This document shows positions 19,526-29,332 of a stretch of DNA of 64,000 bases, piece by piece. Position 1 is the stretch's first letter. Every line of letters begins with the position of its first letter. The stretch is from Thermoplasmatota archaeon (GTDB lineage Archaea > Thermoplasmatota > E2 > DHVEG-1 > B18-G2): contig JAPDJO010000028.1 in NCBI GenBank assembly GCA_029259115.1, forward strand, positions 1-64,000. The letters are read 5' to 3'. The notes beneath the pieces are model-generated. The model did no database searches, was not told the origin of the DNA, and saw only the letters and a program-made list of their open reading frames with translations. Made by a program: the position numbers and the translations under genes.

Positions 19526-19580
19526 ACCCTCGACTTCACGGTCTTCAGCCGTGCACTCTCCCAGGCTGAGTTACCGAGGC
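19507..19580 (-). tRNA. tRNA-Phe(GAA)
   Basis: Reverse complement reads GCCTCGG...CACGG-CT GAA GA-CCGTG...GGTTCAAATCC...CCGAGGCA. Confidence 0.95.
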
Positions 19581-19581
19581 A

Positions 19582-19923
19582 TCAGGACAACATATCGATT
19601 ATGTTTTCAACTTCTTTATTTACATTATCAAGTGACTTTTTTAGATTTTCTATTACTGTTCTAAGCTTCTTTGTTGTAACAGCTCCTCTGGGAGATGGCT
19701 CTATAACGCCTTCCTGCTCGAGTACATGAAGGGAGTATCTTATCATGTGCTGTGGATACCCGGTCATCTCCGATAGCTTTATTATCCCTATAGGTTCATT
19801 TTTTATGACTAGATTGAGGATCTCAACGTGTCTCTTCAGAATGTCTACCTCGGATTCTATAACAGATGTTAATGTTACTTTTCCTCTCTCCTCTCTTTTA
19901 GTCCTCATCAAGCTTGCATACAT
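19582..19923 (-). CDS. Conserved archaeal winged-helix putative transcriptional regulator
   Basis: LKRHVEIL..VIKNEPIGIIKLS..TGYPQHMIRYSLHVLEQEGVIEPSPRGA. The exact start is uncertain. Confidence 0.8.
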   Translation of the reverse strand: MYASLMRTKREERGKVTLTSVIESEVDILKRHVEILNLVIKNEPIGIIKLSEMTGYPQHMIRYSLHVLEQEGVIEPSPRGAVTTKKLRTVIENLKKSLDNVNKEVENIIDMLS

Positions 19924-19997
19924 GTTAGCATTTATATTGATTTCTATTTAGAATTTGGTCAAAAGTTTAATAAGTCCTCAAAACATTCAAATTTTGG

Positions 19998-21296
19998 ATG
20001 TTAAAGAGGGAATTGAAAATTCTTCTCATAAGACCTGATAGTTTCTCTCTACGTGGTTTATTTGCCTTCAATTGGCCTCCATTAACTTTGTTACAAATCG
20101 CAGCCGCCACACCTGAGGAGTACTCTGTTGAGATAATAGACGAATCCTTTGATAAAGTGAGATTTGATATAGATGTTGATCTTGTTGGCATATCATTCGA
20201 GACATTGAATGCTCTAAGAGGTTATTGGATTGCTGACGAGTTCAGAAAGAAAGGTGTACCTGTGGTTATAGGGGGATGGCATGCTTCTGCTCTGCCTATG
20301 GAAGCAAAGGAACATGCAGATAGTGTTTACATTGGCGAAGCAGAAACTGGATGGAAAAATTTGTTGAAAGATTTTGAAAAAGGTTCATTGAAACCTTTCT
20401 ACAAATCAGATTTCGTAAAAGGGAAAGACATCCCTATACCTAGATACGATATTTTCGATAAAAGGCTATACGTGTATACTGTACAAGCAACTCGAGGATG
20501 TCCTTACGGTTGCGATTTCTGCAGTATATCAAACTCTCCGCTTGGAGGAAGAAAATACAGAACAAGACCTGTAGACATGATAATCAGAGAACTCGAAAGG
20601 GTAAAACAAAAATTCGTTATATTTGTTGATCCATCGCTGAGCATAGACATTGCTTACACGAAGGAGCTCTTTAGAAAGATGTCAGATTTGAATAAGCGAT
20701 TTGCTTGTTTCGCAAACATCAATGTAGCTAATGATGATGAATTTCTAAAATTAGCAAGCGAAGCAGGATGTATAGCCCTCTCCATAGGTTTCGAAACTTT
20801 TTCAGAATCTGCAATGAGAGGATTAAAAAAATTACCTAAGGAGGTAGAGGTCTACCGGAAAGTTGTAAAAAAGATTCATGAGTATGGAATTGCTGTGCTG
20901 GGTTCTTTTGTTTTCGGTTTTGATGGCGACAAAAAGGATGTTTTTGAGAATTCTCTGAATCTAATGAGATACATAGATGTTGATTCAGTTGGAGTAAACA
21001 TACTAACACCATTCCCAGGGACACCTTTATTCGACAAATTAGAAAGAGAAGGCAGGATACTAACTAAGGAGTGGTCAAGGTACAACATGAGAGATGTCGT
21101 TTTTCTTCCTAAGCATATGTCTCCCGAAGAGCTTAAGGAAGGAGCAAGCTATGTTGCAAAGGAGTTTTTCTCATGGAAGAATATCATAAACAAATTAATA
21201 ACCACGATGAGGTATGGAATTTTGAGATCTTCATCCATAACATACTGGAACCTGGCACAGAGAAGAGCCTTTAAAAACATATGGAGATGGTTTTGA
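19998..21296 (+). CDS. B12-binding domain radical SAM protein
   Basis: PPLTLLQIAA, VVIGGWHAS, TRGCPYGCDFC, and LTPFPGTPL. Confidence 0.92.
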   Translation: MLKRELKILLIRPDSFSLRGLFAFNWPPLTLLQIAAATPEEYSVEIIDESFDKVRFDIDVDLVGISFETLNALRGYWIADEFRKKGVPVVIGGWHASALPMEAKEHADSVYIGEAETGWKNLLKDFEKGSLKPFYKSDFVKGKDIPIPRYDIFDKRLYVYTVQATRGCPYGCDFCSISNSPLGGRKYRTRPVDMIIRELERVKQKFVIFVDPSLSIDIAYTKELFRKMSDLNKRFACFANINVANDDEFLKLASEAGCIALSIGFETFSESAMRGLKKLPKEVEVYRKVVKKIHEYGIAVLGSFVFGFDGDKKDVFENSLNLMRYIDVDSVGVNILTPFPGTPLFDKLEREGRILTKEWSRYNMRDVVFLPKHMSPEELKEGASYVAKEFFSWKNIINKLITTMRYGILRSSSITYWNLAQRRAFKNIWRWF

Positions 21297-21350
21297 GAAA
21301 CCAGAAACGATTTAAACAAAAAATCCTATTCATCTCTACTGTTGATAGAG

Positions 21351-22973
21351 ATGGTAAACTATATAGTTGTTACAGGTGGAGTCATATCTGGATTAGGAAA
21401 GGGCATAACTACAGCATCCATAGGAAAAATCTTGCAGTTTTACAATTACAATGTCACGGCAATGAAGATAGACCCCTACATAAACTATGACGCAGGTACG
21501 CTGAGACCTACGGAGCATGGCGAAGTCTGGGTTACTGAGGATGGTGGAGAAATAGATCAAGATCTGGGGCACTATGAAAGATTTTTAGATAAAAATATAC
21601 CCAAGTATCATAACATAACCACGGGTCAGGTGTATTATGCAGTTATAGAAAAAGAGAGAAGAGGAGAATATTTAGGCAAAACTGTTCAACCCATACCTCA
21701 TGTTACAGATGAAATCAAATCTAGAATAAGGAGGGCAGCCAAGGAAAATGTGGATTTCGTTCTTGTAGAGATAGGTGGAACGGTTGGAGATTACGAGAAT
21801 GTTCTTTTTCTCGAAGCAGTGAGACAGATGAAGCTGGAAGGAGAGAAGGTTCTCTTTGTTCATGTTACCTACGTGCCATCGATATCGACTTTGGGAGAGC
21901 AAAAAACAAAACCAACTCAGCACTCTGTAAAACTCCTGAGAGAAATAGGGATACAACCTGATTTTATAATAGCTAGATCCGAGCAACCTATAGATGATGT
22001 GAGAAAGGAAAAGATAGCTCTCTTCTGTAACGTTCATGAGGAGGATGTCATAGCTGATCCAGATATAGATAACATATATGCTGTTCCCCTTCTTTTCGAG
22101 GAGCAGGATCTTTCAAAGAAGATTTTAGAGAAGCTAGGTTTAAAGGGAAGGAGGAGAGGAAAGAAATACAGAGAATGGAAAGATTTCATAGAAAAAATCA
22201 GGTCCCTGAAGGAAGAGGTTAAGATAGGAATAGTTGGTAAGTATTTTGATATAGGATCCTTCAAACTCTTTGACTCCTACATCTCTGTTATAGAAGCGGT
22301 GAAGCATGCATCATGGAAAAATGGTTTTAAGCCTAAGATAGAATGGATAGACTCAAAAGATTTTGAGAAGGATAGGAAGAAACTGAAGATCCTTGATGGA
22401 CTTGATGGCGTGATAGTACCTGGAGGGTTTGGATTGAGTGGTATAGAGGGGAAGATACTAACCATAGAATACTGCAGAAAGAAGAACATACCTTATCTTG
22501 GACTCTGTTTAGGTATGCAACTAGCTGTCGTTGAGTTCGCAAGGAACGTGTGTAAGTTAAAAGACGCAAACTCTACAGAAATAGACAAGAACACTCCTCA
22601 CCCAGTAATAACATTCCTACCTGAGCAGAAGAAGATACTCAAGGAATCGAGATATGGAGCAACTATGAGATTGGGATCATATCCAGCCCATCTCAAAAAA
22701 GGAACTTTGGTGTACAAGTTATATGGCAAGGAGATAGTTTATGAGAGGCATAGGCATAGATATGAAGTTAATCCCGATTATGTAGAGATACTTGAAAAAC
22801 ACGGACTCGTTTTCTCTGGAAAATCTCCTGATGGTAAGTTAATGGAATTTCTTGAATTTCCAAAGAACAGATTCTTTGTCGCAACCCAGGCGCATCCTGA
22901 ATTCAAATCCAGACCCATGAAACCTTCTCCTCTATTTGATGGTCTAATAAAAGCTGCTAAAGGATTGCTATGA
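21351..22973 (+). CDS. pyrG: CTP synthase
   Basis: VTGGVISGLGKGIT, KIDPYIN, KTKPTQHSV, GLCLGMQ, RHRHRYEVN and QAHPEF. Confidence 0.98.
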   Translation: MVNYIVVTGGVISGLGKGITTASIGKILQFYNYNVTAMKIDPYINYDAGTLRPTEHGEVWVTEDGGEIDQDLGHYERFLDKNIPKYHNITTGQVYYAVIEKERRGEYLGKTVQPIPHVTDEIKSRIRRAAKENVDFVLVEIGGTVGDYENVLFLEAVRQMKLEGEKVLFVHVTYVPSISTLGEQKTKPTQHSVKLLREIGIQPDFIIARSEQPIDDVRKEKIALFCNVHEEDVIADPDIDNIYAVPLLFEEQDLSKKILEKLGLKGRRRGKKYREWKDFIEKIRSLKEEVKIGIVGKYFDIGSFKLFDSYISVIEAVKHASWKNGFKPKIEWIDSKDFEKDRKKLKILDGLDGVIVPGGFGLSGIEGKILTIEYCRKKNIPYLGLCLGMQLAVVEFARNVCKLKDANSTEIDKNTPHPVITFLPEQKKILKESRYGATMRLGSYPAHLKKGTLVYKLYGKEIVYERHRHRYEVNPDYVEILEKHGLVFSGKSPDGKLMEFLEFPKNRFFVATQAHPEFKSRPMKPSPLFDGLIKAAKGLL

Positions 22974-24067
22974 TCGAAGAATATACCATAGAAAGGATAA
23001 AATCCGATGTTTCAAGATACTTTCCATTTTATGAATTCAAGGTAGGAGCAGATGGTATAGTTTTCTTCTGCAACATTAGGGAAGAAACTTTAGATTATGA
23101 CTTTGAAAGATTAAGAGAGATTCTTTCAGATTATGGTTTCGTTCCAATCTTGAGGAAGGAAGGCGGGGAGTATACCTTATATGTAGTAAAAGCTAAGAAA
23201 AGAAAGGAAGTCTCGATCTGGGTCAATATATCTCTTCTTCTAGCAGCGATCTTGACCACAACACTAACAGGTTCTCTATTGGTTTGTGGAAAGGTAAACA
23301 TGTGGGAATCTGGAGCAATAAGCGAGATGTTGAAAATCAAAAACCTAACAAGCGGCTTCTTCCAGTTTTCACTTCCCTTATTAACGATACTAGGATTCCA
23401 TGAGATGGCTCACTATTACGCTTCTAAACTTCATGGAGTGAGAGCCTCGTTACCATTTTTTATTCCAATACCTCCTATTCTGAATCTCAACATAGGAACA
23501 TTCGGTGCACTAATTTCAAGTAAAGATCCAATACCTAATAGGAAAGCTCTATTTGATATAGGCTTGTCAGGTCCTCTGGCTGGTTTTCTAGTGGCTATCC
23601 CCATATCGATATATGGAATCTTGAACTCCACCCCTATCCCAAGAGCAGAGGTATCTGGTCAAATGTTTCTGCAGCCCCCTCCTCTATTTTCCCTGATAAT
23701 AGAAACCATGATGAATTTACCTCAAGACTATACCCTCCTCTTACACCCTACAGCCTTTGCAGGATGGGTTGGACTAATAGTCACGGCTGTCAATCTCTTC
23801 CCTATTGGTCAATTAGACGGAGGACACATCGCCAGAGCCGTACTTGGTGATAATCAAAGATATATAGGCTGGTTCTCTGTGATATTCCTATTGTTTACCG
23901 GATGGTTTTTCTTTGCGATCCTCATAGCACTAATGGTAGGCATATACCATCCGCCTCCACTGAATGATCTAACTCAAGTGGATAGGAAAAGAAAGCTTCT
24001 TTTTATAGTAGCAATGGTTGTTCTTGCCCTCTGTTTTGCACCGTTTCCCATCTATCAATCAGAGTGA
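22970..24067 (+). CDS. Site-2 protease (M50) membrane metalloprotease
   Basis: HEMAH, GPLAG and NLFPIGQLDGGHI motifs with TM helices. Confidence 0.93.
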   Translation: MIEEYTIERIKSDVSRYFPFYEFKVGADGIVFFCNIREETLDYDFERLREILSDYGFVPILRKEGGEYTLYVVKAKKRKEVSIWVNISLLLAAILTTTLTGSLLVCGKVNMWESGAISEMLKIKNLTSGFFQFSLPLLTILGFHEMAHYYASKLHGVRASLPFFIPIPPILNLNIGTFGALISSKDPIPNRKALFDIGLSGPLAGFLVAIPISIYGILNSTPIPRAEVSGQMFLQPPPLFSLIIETMMNLPQDYTLLLHPTAFAGWVGLIVTAVNLFPIGQLDGGHIARAVLGDNQRYIGWFSVIFLLFTGWFFFAILIALMVGIYHPPPLNDLTQVDRKRKLLFIVAMVVLALCFAPFPIYQSE

Positions 24068-24103
24068 ATCGTAACCATTTAATACCTTTTAGAGAATAAC
24101 CAT

Positions 24104-24331
24104 ATGATGAAAACATACCTGAAGATCTTCTTTAACAGCGAGGGTGCATCGCCTTCAGAGGTAAAGGATCAATTGATGAACATGGGATTCAAGGCTACCT
24201 CTGGAAACTACGATTTCGTATACGACTGGGGAGAGAAAGATGTCAAGATAGAGGATCTAATCTGGTTCGCAGATAAGGTTCATTCCGTTTTAAAAGGTTT
24301 GAAGGTATACTTCTCGATAGAAACTATCTAG
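24104..24331 (+). CDS. Small conserved hypothetical protein
   Basis: 75-aa ORF (MKTYLKIFFNSEGASPSEV...GNYDFVYDW) with typical codon usage and an upstream TATA-like element. Confidence 0.75.
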   Translation: MMKTYLKIFFNSEGASPSEVKDQLMNMGFKATSGNYDFVYDWGEKDVKIEDLIWFADKVHSVLKGLKVYFSIETI

Positions 24332-25028
24332 ATCTAAGCTTTTCTATAATCTCGCTCATTATTCCCATCATAGTATGATATTCCAGTTCCGTGAGTTTTG
24401 CCCTACCCAAGGCTCTTCTGAACGTGATCTCTGCCTTTTCTCTCTTATGAGTAGGATAATTTATAAGGTCTAATACCTGATTGAAGAATTCCACCATCTT
24501 TTTCTTTTCTGTTACACCAACATTTCTATCTTTTACCCTCCTGTCAAATCTGTAAGAAAACAATTCATAAAGAACTATACCGACCGCATGAGATAGGTTA
24601 AGAGAAGGATATTCTTTACTAGTAGGTATGTTAACCAGTATATCGCACTTCTTTATCTCCTCATTGTATAGACCATAGTCTTCTCTTCCAAAAAACAAAC
24701 CAACTTTTCCATTAAAGTCTTTCATCTCTTCTACGAACTCCTTCAATGTATACGCCTTCCGGAGGCATGCCTTTCTATGCTCTTCTATAACCGAAGTGGT
24801 CGCAACAGCTAGATCTACGCTCTCCAGGGCTTCATCAAAACTTTGGAAAATTTTGGCTCTGTCTAGAATGTCTTTAGCATGCATAGCCATAACATATGCA
24901 GGATCATCTAATTTACAAGGATTAACAAGATACAATTCTGAAACACCAAAATTTTTCATACATCTAGCCACTGAACCTACGTTTCCACTGTATTTAGGTT
25001 CAACTAATATGACACAGGATCTTAACAT
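24324..25028 (-). CDS. trmJ: TrmJ/LasT-family SPOUT RNA methyltransferase
   Basis: VEPKYSGNVGSVARCMKNFG, FGREDYGL and YPSLNLSHAV. Confidence 0.9.
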   Translation of the reverse strand: MLRSCVILVEPKYSGNVGSVARCMKNFGVSELYLVNPCKLDDPAYVMAMHAKDILDRAKIFQSFDEALESVDLAVATTSVIEEHRKACLRKAYTLKEFVEEMKDFNGKVGLFFGREDYGLYNEEIKKCDILVNIPTSKEYPSLNLSHAVGIVLYELFSYRFDRRVKDRNVGVTEKKKMVEFFNQVLDLINYPTHKREKAEITFRRALGRAKLTELEYHTMMGIMSEIIEKLRSR

Positions 25029-25399
25029 TATCTTAAACCTAACTTTTCCTCTTTTTCTCTAAGCATCCTTTCATACTTTTTCGGAAGTCTTTTAACTATA
25101 GATTCAAGCTCTGCTTTCTTCTTCACTAACTCTGATTTTCGATCTGTCTTTAACTCTTCCAACAGATATTTCCTCTTTTTGATGTAGTCATAGCTGTACC
25201 ATCCTCCAACAAACAGCAGGACTATGCCAACCACTATAAGATAGTAATTCCAGTCACCAAAAAAGCTTGATAAGTTACTAGCTAAACCTAAATCCGCTTC
25301 CCTGAAAAACAGCCATACTACGCTGGATACGAAAAAGATTATTCCAAGTATTAAGATTAGCAAACTCGCGGGCAATCTTATCTCTCTCCATATCTTCAA
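25028..25399 (-). CDS. DUF3198-like membrane protein
   Basis: Two TM helices with GDWNYY and a basic C-terminus (KSELVK...LPKKY). TTG start after a GAGGTGA SD. Confidence 0.7.
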   Translation of the reverse strand: MKIWREIRLPASLLILILGIIFFVSSVVWLFFREADLGLASNLSSFFGDWNYYLIVVGIVLLFVGGWYSYDYIKKRKYLLEELKTDRKSELVKKKAELESIVKRLPKKYERMLREKEEKLGLR

Positions 25400-25410
25400 G
25401 CGTATCACCT

Positions 25411-26832
25411 CTAATATGTCTTAGCCAATCTCACTATAGTGACTCCATTTTTATCACATGATGCACATTTGTCTTTGACCGTGATCCTGTCTAAAGGTTC
25501 TCCAAGTGTTTTCATGTCCAACTCCTCCTCCATCCTGATTGCGCAATCCTTATTTCCACACCATGGGAGTTCAACTATATATCCCTTATATTTTTTGGCT
25601 TCTTCAATATTTTTTACCCTCACTATATGCGACTCCATGAATTCCTTTGCTCTCTGGTAGATGGTTTCGCTCATCAGGTTGAAGGTCTTATTTAACTCGT
25701 CAACAAGATTCTCTTCTCTCACCTCTATTCTCTCCCCTGTATCTCTCCTCGCTATGACGACAGTCCCTCTCTCGATTTCTTTAGGACCTATTTCTATCCT
25801 AACAGGAACTCCTTTCAATTCCCAGTCATAAAATTTGCTTCCCGGAGTATCTTCTCTCTCATCAACCAGGCTCTCGATCCCCTCTTTCTTGAGTTTCTCA
25901 TTTATCTCTCTGCACCTATCAATTATTTCCTTCTCTCTTCCTTTGAAAATTATAGGGATAATGACAACCTTTATTGGAGATATGACTGGAGGAAGAATCA
26001 ATCCTTTATTGTCACCATGTATCCCAACAATAGCTCCAAGTATCCTCTCGCTCATACCATATGTCGTTTGGTGACAAAACTTGTGAGTGCCATCTTTATC
26101 TTCGTATGTTATATTGAATGGTCGAGCAAAGTTATCTCTATACTGATGAATAGAACCTAATTGCAGGGTTCTCCCTGAAGGCATCAATGTGTCTATACTT
26201 ATCGTGTAATAAGCTCCAGCGAACTTATCCCAGTCTGGTCTCTTGTTGAATATAAAAGGTATACATAGTTTTCTGAAGAATCTCCGAGCTGTATCTTTGT
26301 ATTCTTCTATCTGTTTTTCTGCATCCTCAAAATCTACATGGCATGTATGAGCTTCGAAGAAATGAATTTCCCTAACCCTTATGAAAGCTCTAGTTTGCTT
26401 GGTCTCGTATCTGAAAGTATTGACTATCTGGAATATCTTTAGAGGAAGATCAGAATGAGATCTTATCCATAGGGAGAATAGTGGATACATAGCTGTTTCT
26501 GATGTAGGCCTCAATAACCATTTTTCTTCAAGCTCATTATCGCCAGCATGTGTAACCCAGAATACTTCTTGAGAAAATCCCTCAATATGCTCTTCCTCCT
26601 TCTTGAAGAACGATTCGGGTATGAGTAGAGGGAAGTACACCTCTTTGTGATTTGTCGAAAACATCTCTTCTCTTATCATAGAGTCTATGTTCTGCATTAT
26701 CTGCCAGCCGTGTGGCTTCCATACGTTCATACCCTTTATAGGGTATCTCTTGTCACAAAGATCAGCAAGCTCGACTATCTCGTTGTACCACTCGTGGAAG
26801 TCTTCCTCTTTTTTTACCTTGGTCTCGGGCAT
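25411..26832 (-). CDS. proS: Proline--tRNA ligase (archaeal type)
   Basis: LRPTSETAMY, FRYETKQTRAFIRVREI, QTTYGMSER, and a C-terminal Zn site ending AKTY. Confidence 0.97.
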   Translation of the reverse strand: MPETKVKKEEDFHEWYNEIVELADLCDKRYPIKGMNVWKPHGWQIMQNIDSMIREEMFSTNHKEVYFPLLIPESFFKKEEEHIEGFSQEVFWVTHAGDNELEEKWLLRPTSETAMYPLFSLWIRSHSDLPLKIFQIVNTFRYETKQTRAFIRVREIHFFEAHTCHVDFEDAEKQIEEYKDTARRFFRKLCIPFIFNKRPDWDKFAGAYYTISIDTLMPSGRTLQLGSIHQYRDNFARPFNITYEDKDGTHKFCHQTTYGMSERILGAIVGIHGDNKGLILPPVISPIKVVIIPIIFKGREKEIIDRCREINEKLKKEGIESLVDEREDTPGSKFYDWELKGVPVRIEIGPKEIERGTVVIARRDTGERIEVREENLVDELNKTFNLMSETIYQRAKEFMESHIVRVKNIEEAKKYKGYIVELPWCGNKDCAIRMEEELDMKTLGEPLDRITVKDKCASCDKNGVTIVRLAKTY

Positions 26833-27038
26833 CCGAGAAGGAGAAGGGAATTTCTATAATTAAAACTAACGTTACGTTCCCCTACCGTGCTAAAAGGTAA
26901 CCTAGGGAAAGATATCCAACCGGTTGTTTCCTTAGAGTAAGTTCGACATCCGTGTATATTGTTAGAAAAACAAAAAATCCATCTTGACCTTTTTGTCCAA
27001 AATCTCTATATCTTTCTTTTTCACACTATATCAAATCT

Positions 27039-28034
27039 TCACGATCCAAGGTTTCCTCCATGAGAGAAAATTTGACTGTGATTTCTAACAACGGAAGACT
27101 TTTTCACGATATCTCTTAACAAACCAGATCTAAGAAGATTATCATTTTCTCTTCTGATGCTAGCAGACCCAGATTTGAACATCGTTCTCGAAATCTTCTC
27201 AATAATCGGAAATGCTTTGAAGGGTCTCGTTTTTCTATTTTCTTTCAGGATTTTACTGTACAGATTTATCTTCCTTTGTTCTTCTTTTCCCATATCTGGT
27301 ATTAATCTTATCTTCGTTTTTGATGTGGTTGGATTATCTTCATCTACAGTGGTTTTATCAGATCCCTTTACATTTTTTGTTTTTACTGTAATGGTTAAGT
27401 TTTTCCATTTCTCACATGTAATATTCACAGAATAATTCTCAGGTTCAGGATAGCCCATCCACGCCACGATCGTAAAATTTATTTTTAGGGTTTTGCCAGG
27501 CAAAATAGGTGCAAAACAAATTGTAAAAAATCTATTCTTATCTGTTGAATCAGTGGTATTATCTATCTGGACCCAACCGTTATATACGTACCCATCGAAA
27601 ATAGGCGGAAAAGAAGGGCCCTCAAATATTGCAGAGAACCAAGTTCCCACCCAGTATGTTTCTCGAGATTCTCTATAATCAATGGCTGTTGTATCCACAT
27701 GTACCTTTAGTTTAGTGCATGGCTCGACTATTAACTCCTTTTTATAACTTACGTTTAAGTCAAGAAAGTAAGTATTGTCCTCATTGTACATGAAGGTAGT
27801 CCATATATCTATTATTTCTATCCATTTTGATGAAGAAGATTTCGGTGAAGAGGAGATCTTCTCCTGATAATAATCCTCTTGGGAATTATTTTGTTTTTCT
27901 TTTCTGTAAATCAGTTGATCTCGTTTGATGGATCCCTTTACATCATTTCCAGCCACTAATGGTGTGAAACTTGATAACAGGAATATTGCTATGATCCCTG
28001 TCACGATTATTTCTCTCTTTGTCACATTTAGCAT
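27039..28034 (-). CDS. Hypothetical secreted protein with basic C-terminal tail
   Basis: N-terminal signal peptide (KREIIVTGIIAIFLLSSFTPLVA), beta-rich core and K/R-rich tail. Confidence 0.7.
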   Translation of the reverse strand: MLNVTKREIIVTGIIAIFLLSSFTPLVAGNDVKGSIKRDQLIYRKEKQNNSQEDYYQEKISSSPKSSSSKWIEIIDIWTTFMYNEDNTYFLDLNVSYKKELIVEPCTKLKVHVDTTAIDYRESRETYWVGTWFSAIFEGPSFPPIFDGYVYNGWVQIDNTTDSTDKNRFFTICFAPILPGKTLKINFTIVAWMGYPEPENYSVNITCEKWKNLTITVKTKNVKGSDKTTVDEDNPTTSKTKIRLIPDMGKEEQRKINLYSKILKENRKTRPFKAFPIIEKISRTMFKSGSASIRRENDNLLRSGLLRDIVKKSSVVRNHSQIFSHGGNLGS

Positions 28035-28520
28035 GTCTTTCCCTCTATCTGTTTCCCATATATAAACGAGAGTAGATTATATAAAATTATCTATATTTGT
28101 CGAAAAAAATTAACCTCCAACCAGATATATAATCACCATGTAAGCATTGAGTCTAGGGACAATAAGCCGTGGTAGTAGGAAATGATATGTATAGGATTGG
28201 AAAAAGTATAATGAAAAACCGGATAAAATGAGTGGTAGTAAGATCGGTAGAAAAATCCTCGAACCTTTATACGATACTTGCATTCTATCTATGTAGGATA
28301 TTGCGAAGTTAATTGTGGATGTTCCTTATAGTCGCAGTGCTTATGTAGCATACTTGAAGGTGGAACTCAGCTTATCTACAAATAATTTTGAGGTACCCTT
28401 TGAGATAATAATTGATGCTCTTCTTGTAATTTTTATTGTGCTTTCTCTAGTATTGTGTTTTATATATGCACTTTCTCCACTTTTAAAGTGCAGATACTAT
28501 AAAAGTCATTTTGTACAGTA

Positions 28521-28670
28521 TCATGTTCCTCTACTCTCTCTAGCCTTTGGTCTTAGATCTCTAGACCTGCATCTTCTGCATTTTTCTGCTCTCATTGGAT
28601 TAAGAGCTCCGCACTTCATACAAACTTTCTTCATCAGCAATCTTGCCTCAGCCTCTGGAAATCTTGCCAT
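28521..28670 (-). CDS. rpl40e: 50S ribosomal protein L40e
   Basis: Not in the ORF track (49 aa). Reads [49 protein letters not shown], with an AGGTG SD. Confidence 0.95.
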   Translation of the reverse strand: MARFPEAEARLLMKKVCMKCGALNPMRAEKCRRCRSRDLRPKARESRGT

Positions 28671-28763
28671 AGTGACACCTTGCAAGGCTTATACCTATAC
28701 TGTATTTAAATCTTTAGCCAGAACTTTTAGAAATCTACTTAAACCTCATTTTACTTAAACCAA

Positions 28764-29327
28764 ATGGTAATGAAAGGAAAAGTAACTTGTCCAAAATGCT
28801 CGTTTGTCTTCATAGTGGAGAGTGAAGAGGAGAAAGATAAAAGTGTGGAGTGTCCAAAATGTGGACATAAGTTTATAGCGAGGATAGGAAAGACAAAAAA
28901 TAAAGATGTGAGATGGATAGAGTATGGCGGTACAAGAAAAGCTATACTCCCCATCCCCGAGAATCTGTCCAACCGTCCTTTTGTCGCTGGAATTCTTTTG
29001 GCTCTTGTATCGATACTCGGTGTCGCAACCGTTGCCATGTTTTACATATATCCTGATGTAGAGGTTTTGACACCGTACAGCCTGGTGCTCGGAGGTAACG
29101 AAACTTACCTTACCATTATAATCCTAGTATTTTCGATACTTTCAGCTGTAGGATCCTACAACTCTATTAGAAAGAAGTCCTTAACGATCGCGCTTGCCGG
29201 CAGCGTATTTGGTGTGTTGTCTTTTGGTTTCCTGATAATCGGACCTATACTCTCTCTGGTTTCCTTAATTCTTCTCATTATGTCAAAGGATGATTTCGAG
29301 AAGAGTCTGCATGGAAAGGAGTTTTGA
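28764..29327 (+). CDS. Zinc-ribbon-containing membrane protein
   Basis: CPKC...CPKC N-terminus followed by 3-4 TM helices. Confidence 0.8.
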   Translation: MVMKGKVTCPKCSFVFIVESEEEKDKSVECPKCGHKFIARIGKTKNKDVRWIEYGGTRKAILPIPENLSNRPFVAGILLALVSILGVATVAMFYIYPDVEVLTPYSLVLGGNETYLTIIILVFSILSAVGSYNSIRKKSLTIALAGSVFGVLSFGFLIIGPILSLVSLILLIMSKDDFEKSLHGKEF

Positions 29328-29332
29328 GAGAG

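Noticed and set aside
26883-27025. Open frame of about 47 codons on the minus strand between the secreted-protein gene and proS
   Set aside because: It is preceded by an in-frame stop and has no start codon or SD.
28165-28245. Direct repeat GTGGTAGTA (about 28169 and 28232) in a long spacer
   Set aside because: Two 9-bp copies with no further structure are compatible with chance.
28315-28758. 147-aa plus-strand ORF with a hydrophobic stretch
   Set aside because: It overlaps rpl40e antisense and has no SD. The hydrophobicity reflects T-rich intergenic DNA.
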